Source: Minisyncoccota bacterium (GTDB lineage: Bacteria > Patescibacteriota > Minisyncoccia > Moranbacterales > GCA-2747515). Taken from it: DNA of 27,808 nucleotides. The DNA lies in assembly GCA_938034715.1 (NCBI GenBank), contig CALHMM010000017.1:1-27808 (forward strand), given 5' to 3'. Positions within the stretch are counted from its first letter, which is position 1. Every line of letters starts with the position of its first letter. Shown in pieces: positions 25,299-27,808 of this stretch. The translations under genes were made by a program, and so were the position numbers. The notes beneath the pieces were generated by a model, which saw nothing but the letters and a program-made list of their open reading frames with translations, was not told the origin of the DNA and did not search any database.

Positions 25299-26609
25299 AT
25301 GGAAGGATTAATGACAATACTACTTGACCATGCAAACCCACTGTACAAAATAGCACTGGGAATTGGTCTTGGTATTTTTATTGGGCTACGCAGGGAGCAT
25401 GAAAGACTGACAAGCACAAACAAAGACAAGATCGCTGTAGACATTCTCGGAATCCGCACAACATCCCTAATAATCACACTTGGTATTGTGGCGACCTTTT
25501 TCAATGACACGCCAATAATTGGAGTTCTCATATTCCTTGGTATTCTGACAATGATTATCATTGCCTATATAAACGGCATGTGGAGACTTAAGCGCTATGG
25601 ACTGACAGCTGAGGTTTCAGGAATATTAATGTTTCTCATTGGTATGCTCATCGGAAATGAAAAGGTATTTGAAGCGATTCTACTAAGTATTGTCCTAGGC
25701 GCTTCCACTGCATACAAAGCTAGCATTCACAATTTTGCCAAAAACTTCTCTCTCAGGGAATGGTCTGGAACACTTCAGCTCATTGTCATCTCAGCCATAA
25801 TCCTACCACTATTACCCGATAAACCAATTGATCCATACGGGATAATCATTCCATTTGATATTTGGGTTCTCGTTATTTTTATCTCAGGAATTAGTTTTGT
25901 GGGATATTTTGTTTCTAAGTATTTTGGCAAGAAAAAGTCAATACTTTTTACATCTTTCTTTGGTGCACTGGCCTCTAGTACAGCGACAACGACTGCGCTC
26001 GCCCGAGAATCAAGATTAACAAAAGGTGACAGACCAGACACTCTTTTTCTACTTGTTGGACTGATGATTGCTATTGGTGTAATGCAGCTACGTGTAATCG
26101 CAGAGATTATTGTCCTAGCACCTCACAGTCATAGCAGCCTCCTAGCACCACCACTTGTAATGTCAATTACTTCATTTGTTTTCGCAATAGCCTATTTTAT
26201 CAGATTACCCAAAGAAAAATCAAAAGCAAGCGCAAAAAGTTTTCATAAATCAAATCGTAGCCCATTCGAAATAATACCTGCATTAACCTTTACAACTTTC
26301 TTTGTTATTATACTTTGCATGATTCATCTAGGTCAGAGTCTACTCGGCGACACAGGCGTCTACATTGGCGCATTGATCGCTTCTTTTGCTGATGTGGATG
26401 CGGTTGTGTTTTCATCACTTCTCTCCCTGACAAATACTTCATTAACATTGTCAACAACAGCACATGTGATCATCATCGCCATAACAGTAAATACTATTGT
26501 AAAGAGTCTCTATATCCTCATATTTGGATCCAAAGAATTTTTCAACAAATCTCTTTTTCCACTACTACTCATTACACTCTCTGGACTTGCAACGATTCTT
26601 TTCTTATAA
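25299..26609 (+). CDS. MgtC/SapB family membrane protein with DUF4010 domain
   Basis: GIFIGLRRE, GIRT..LI, GLTAEVS, IILPLLPD..IDPY, ISGISFVGY, GALASSTATT, ADVDA. Confidence 0.88.
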   Translation: MEGLMTILLDHANPLYKIALGIGLGIFIGLRREHERLTSTNKDKIAVDILGIRTTSLIITLGIVATFFNDTPIIGVLIFLGILTMIIIAYINGMWRLKRYGLTAEVSGILMFLIGMLIGNEKVFEAILLSIVLGASTAYKASIHNFAKNFSLREWSGTLQLIVISAIILPLLPDKPIDPYGIIIPFDIWVLVIFISGISFVGYFVSKYFGKKKSILFTSFFGALASSTATTTALARESRLTKGDRPDTLFLLVGLMIAIGVMQLRVIAEIIVLAPHSHSSLLAPPLVMSITSFVFAIAYFIRLPKEKSKASAKSFHKSNRSPFEIIPALTFTTFFVIILCMIHLGQSLLGDTGVYIGALIASFADVDAVVFSSLLSLTNTSLTLSTTAHVIIIAITVNTIVKSLYILIFGSKEFFNKSLFPLLLITLSGLATILFL

Positions 26610-26630
26610 AAATTGGTGTACAATAGAGCA

Positions 26631-27383
26631 ATGCAAAAACAATACACAACAAAGGAGCTAAGGGATCATATGGAGCAGGAACATAGCCAATCAACCATCT
26701 CTTCATATTTAAAAGAGGTTGTTTATGGCGGTATTGATGGAATAATTACGACCTTTGCTGTAGTCGCGGGATTTACTGGAGTAGCTTCTCTAGAGGATGA
26801 CAACGCCGTGGTAATCCCAATCGTCGCAGTGCTTGTATTTGGACTCGCAAACTTACTAGCAGACGGTTTTTCTATGGGTATAGGAGAATTTCTTAGTGCA
26901 CGCTCTGAAAAGAAGCTCTACGAGAAAGAAAGAGCCAAGGAAGAACGAGAAATTGTAGAGAGCAAAGACTTGGAAATTGCTGAGTCGGAATTATTGCTAC
27001 GTGAAAAAGGATTTACACCACAACAAGCCACCCAACTCATTGCCATTTACAAAACTAACCCCACATACTGGGTAGATTTTATGATGAGGTACGAACTTGA
27101 AATGGATGAGCCAGATGCATCACCGCTCAAGAATGCCGCAGCAACATTCTTTTCATTTCTCTTTTTCGGCTTTCTTCCATTAATTCCGTACTTCTTGAAA
27201 GGACTTGGTGCAAGCGAGACCTTTGCACTTTCTGCCTTGAGCGCAACGATAGCATTAGTAATCTTAGGCGTACTCAGAGCTCAAGTTACCCAAGAAAATC
27301 TTTTACGATCCATAAGTGAAATCGTCTTCCTAGGCGCTCTAGCTGGAGGTATAGCATTTGGTGTAGGAACACTCTTTGGTTAA
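26631..27383 (+). CDS. VIT1/CCC1 family Fe2+/Mn2+ transporter
   Basis: VYGGIDGIITTFAVVAG, ANLLADGFSMGIGEFLS, MMRYEL, FFSFLFFGFLPLIPY. ATG 26631 preferred. Confidence 0.93.
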   Translation: MQKQYTTKELRDHMEQEHSQSTISSYLKEVVYGGIDGIITTFAVVAGFTGVASLEDDNAVVIPIVAVLVFGLANLLADGFSMGIGEFLSARSEKKLYEKERAKEEREIVESKDLEIAESELLLREKGFTPQQATQLIAIYKTNPTYWVDFMMRYELEMDEPDASPLKNAAATFFSFLFFGFLPLIPYFLKGLGASETFALSALSATIALVILGVLRAQVTQENLLRSISEIVFLGALAGGIAFGVGTLFG

Positions 27384-27393
27384 TATAAGTAGC

Positions 27394-27422
27394 TAGACGT
27401 TCAACGACAATTTTGCTATGCT
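27394..27422 (+). promoter_or_regulatory. Putative promoter of the repeat-protein gene
   Basis: TAGACG (27394-27399), 17-nt spacer, TATGCT (27417-27422) with TGc extension; same -35 hexamer as the secA candidate. Confidence 0.5.
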
Positions 27423-27480
27423 TAATATGTCAGAGTAATCGTAAAGATTGCTCTACAAGTAATAAATAAAAGATACCATT

Positions 27481-27808
27481 ATGGGATTACTAGGAGACAT
27501 GGCCGACAAAGCCAAAGACATGGCAGGAGATGCTGTTGACGGTGTAGGAAATGTAGCAAGCTCTGCAACTGGAGCTGTAGGCGACGCTGCATCAGCTGCA
27601 GGAGACATGGCAGGAGATGCTGCTGGCGGTGCAATGAGCATGGCTGACAAAGTAGCAGACGGCGCATCAAATATGGCTGAAGGTGCGATCGACAAAGCAG
27701 CTGACGCTATGGGTGCAACAGGCGATATGGCAAGTGGTGTAGTAGACAAAGCCAAAGATCTGACAGGTAACGCAATTGACGGCGTAGCTGACAAATTCGA
27801 CGGCAACA
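27481..27808 (+). CDS. Ala/Gly/Asp/Met-rich repeat protein (LEA/CsbD-like), 3'-truncated by the window edge and absent from the ORF track
   Basis: Hand translation gives MGLLGDMADKAKDMAGDAVDGVGNVASSATGAVGDAASAAGDMAGDAAGG...DKAKDLTGNAIDGVADKFDGN, 109 codons with no stop. Confidence 0.85.
   Translation, partial: MGLLGDMADKAKDMAGDAVDGVGNVASSATGAVGDAASAAGDMAGDAAGGAMSMADKVADGASNMAEGAIDKAADAMGATGDMASGVVDKAKDLTGNAIDGVADKFDGN

Noticed and set aside
25093-25356. 87-aa hydrophobic minus-strand ORF
   Set aside because: Overlaps the MgtC/DUF4010 start; its hydrophobicity follows from the A-rich plus strand; no motif.
4165-26041. Many 60-180 aa antisense or off-frame ORFs inside mreB, mrdA, secA, secDF, tyrS, pheST, htrA and others
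   Set aside because: Fully nested in well-supported conserved genes; typical shadow ORFs with no independent signals.
27453-27806. 117-aa minus-strand ORF (and the 63-aa ORF at 27479-27670)
   Set aside because: Antisense shadow of the plus-strand repeat gene starting at 27481, which has a promoter candidate and coherent composition.
1-27808. Alternative genetic code (TGA=Gly), CRISPR arrays, tRNA/rRNA, IS elements, inteins or introns
   Set aside because: Conserved genes are full length under code 11 and tyrS ends on TGA; no repeat-spacer array, RNA gene signature, transposase or intein motif was seen.

Overview
Almost entirely plus-strand, AT-rich bacterial chromosomal window read in genetic code 11 (TGA is a stop in tyrS; Trp is TGG). 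Compact gene packing, A-rich start regions without clear Shine-Dalgarno motifs and the protein variants suggest a CPR/Patescibacteria (Parcubacteria-like) genome; this is inference. In order: a 5'-truncated ATP-grasp-like gene; an accessory stretch (minus-strand ORFan, DUF1801, AlkD-like, DUF6157-like, TspO); mreBCD-mrdA-murJ; secA-Nudix-secD-secF plus a Met-rich small protein; an acidic lipoprotein; tyrS coupled to a stand-alone prephenate-dehydratase-like domain, then pheS-pheT; htrA; a DEDDh exonuclease; a small membrane protein; MgtC/DUF4010; VIT1/CCC1; and an Ala/Gly/Asp repeat protein missed by the ORF track that runs off the 3' end. No rRNA, tRNA, CRISPR array or mobile element was seen. 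Best leads: (1) a Sec export cluster that may carry its own chaperone modules (a degenerate parvulin-like insert in the SecD P1 domain and a Met-rich, SHOCT-tailed protein after secF); (2) a tyrS/PDT-like/pheST cluster with a TRF-to-TTF, ACT-less dehydratase domain, a TyrRS with HLGR/KMSSS motifs and a palindromic operator candidate; (3) a MurJ that appears to have only 12 TMs and altered charged residues; (4) an exonuclease with a candidate beta-clamp-binding motif. All family calls come from motif recognition by eye, not database searches.
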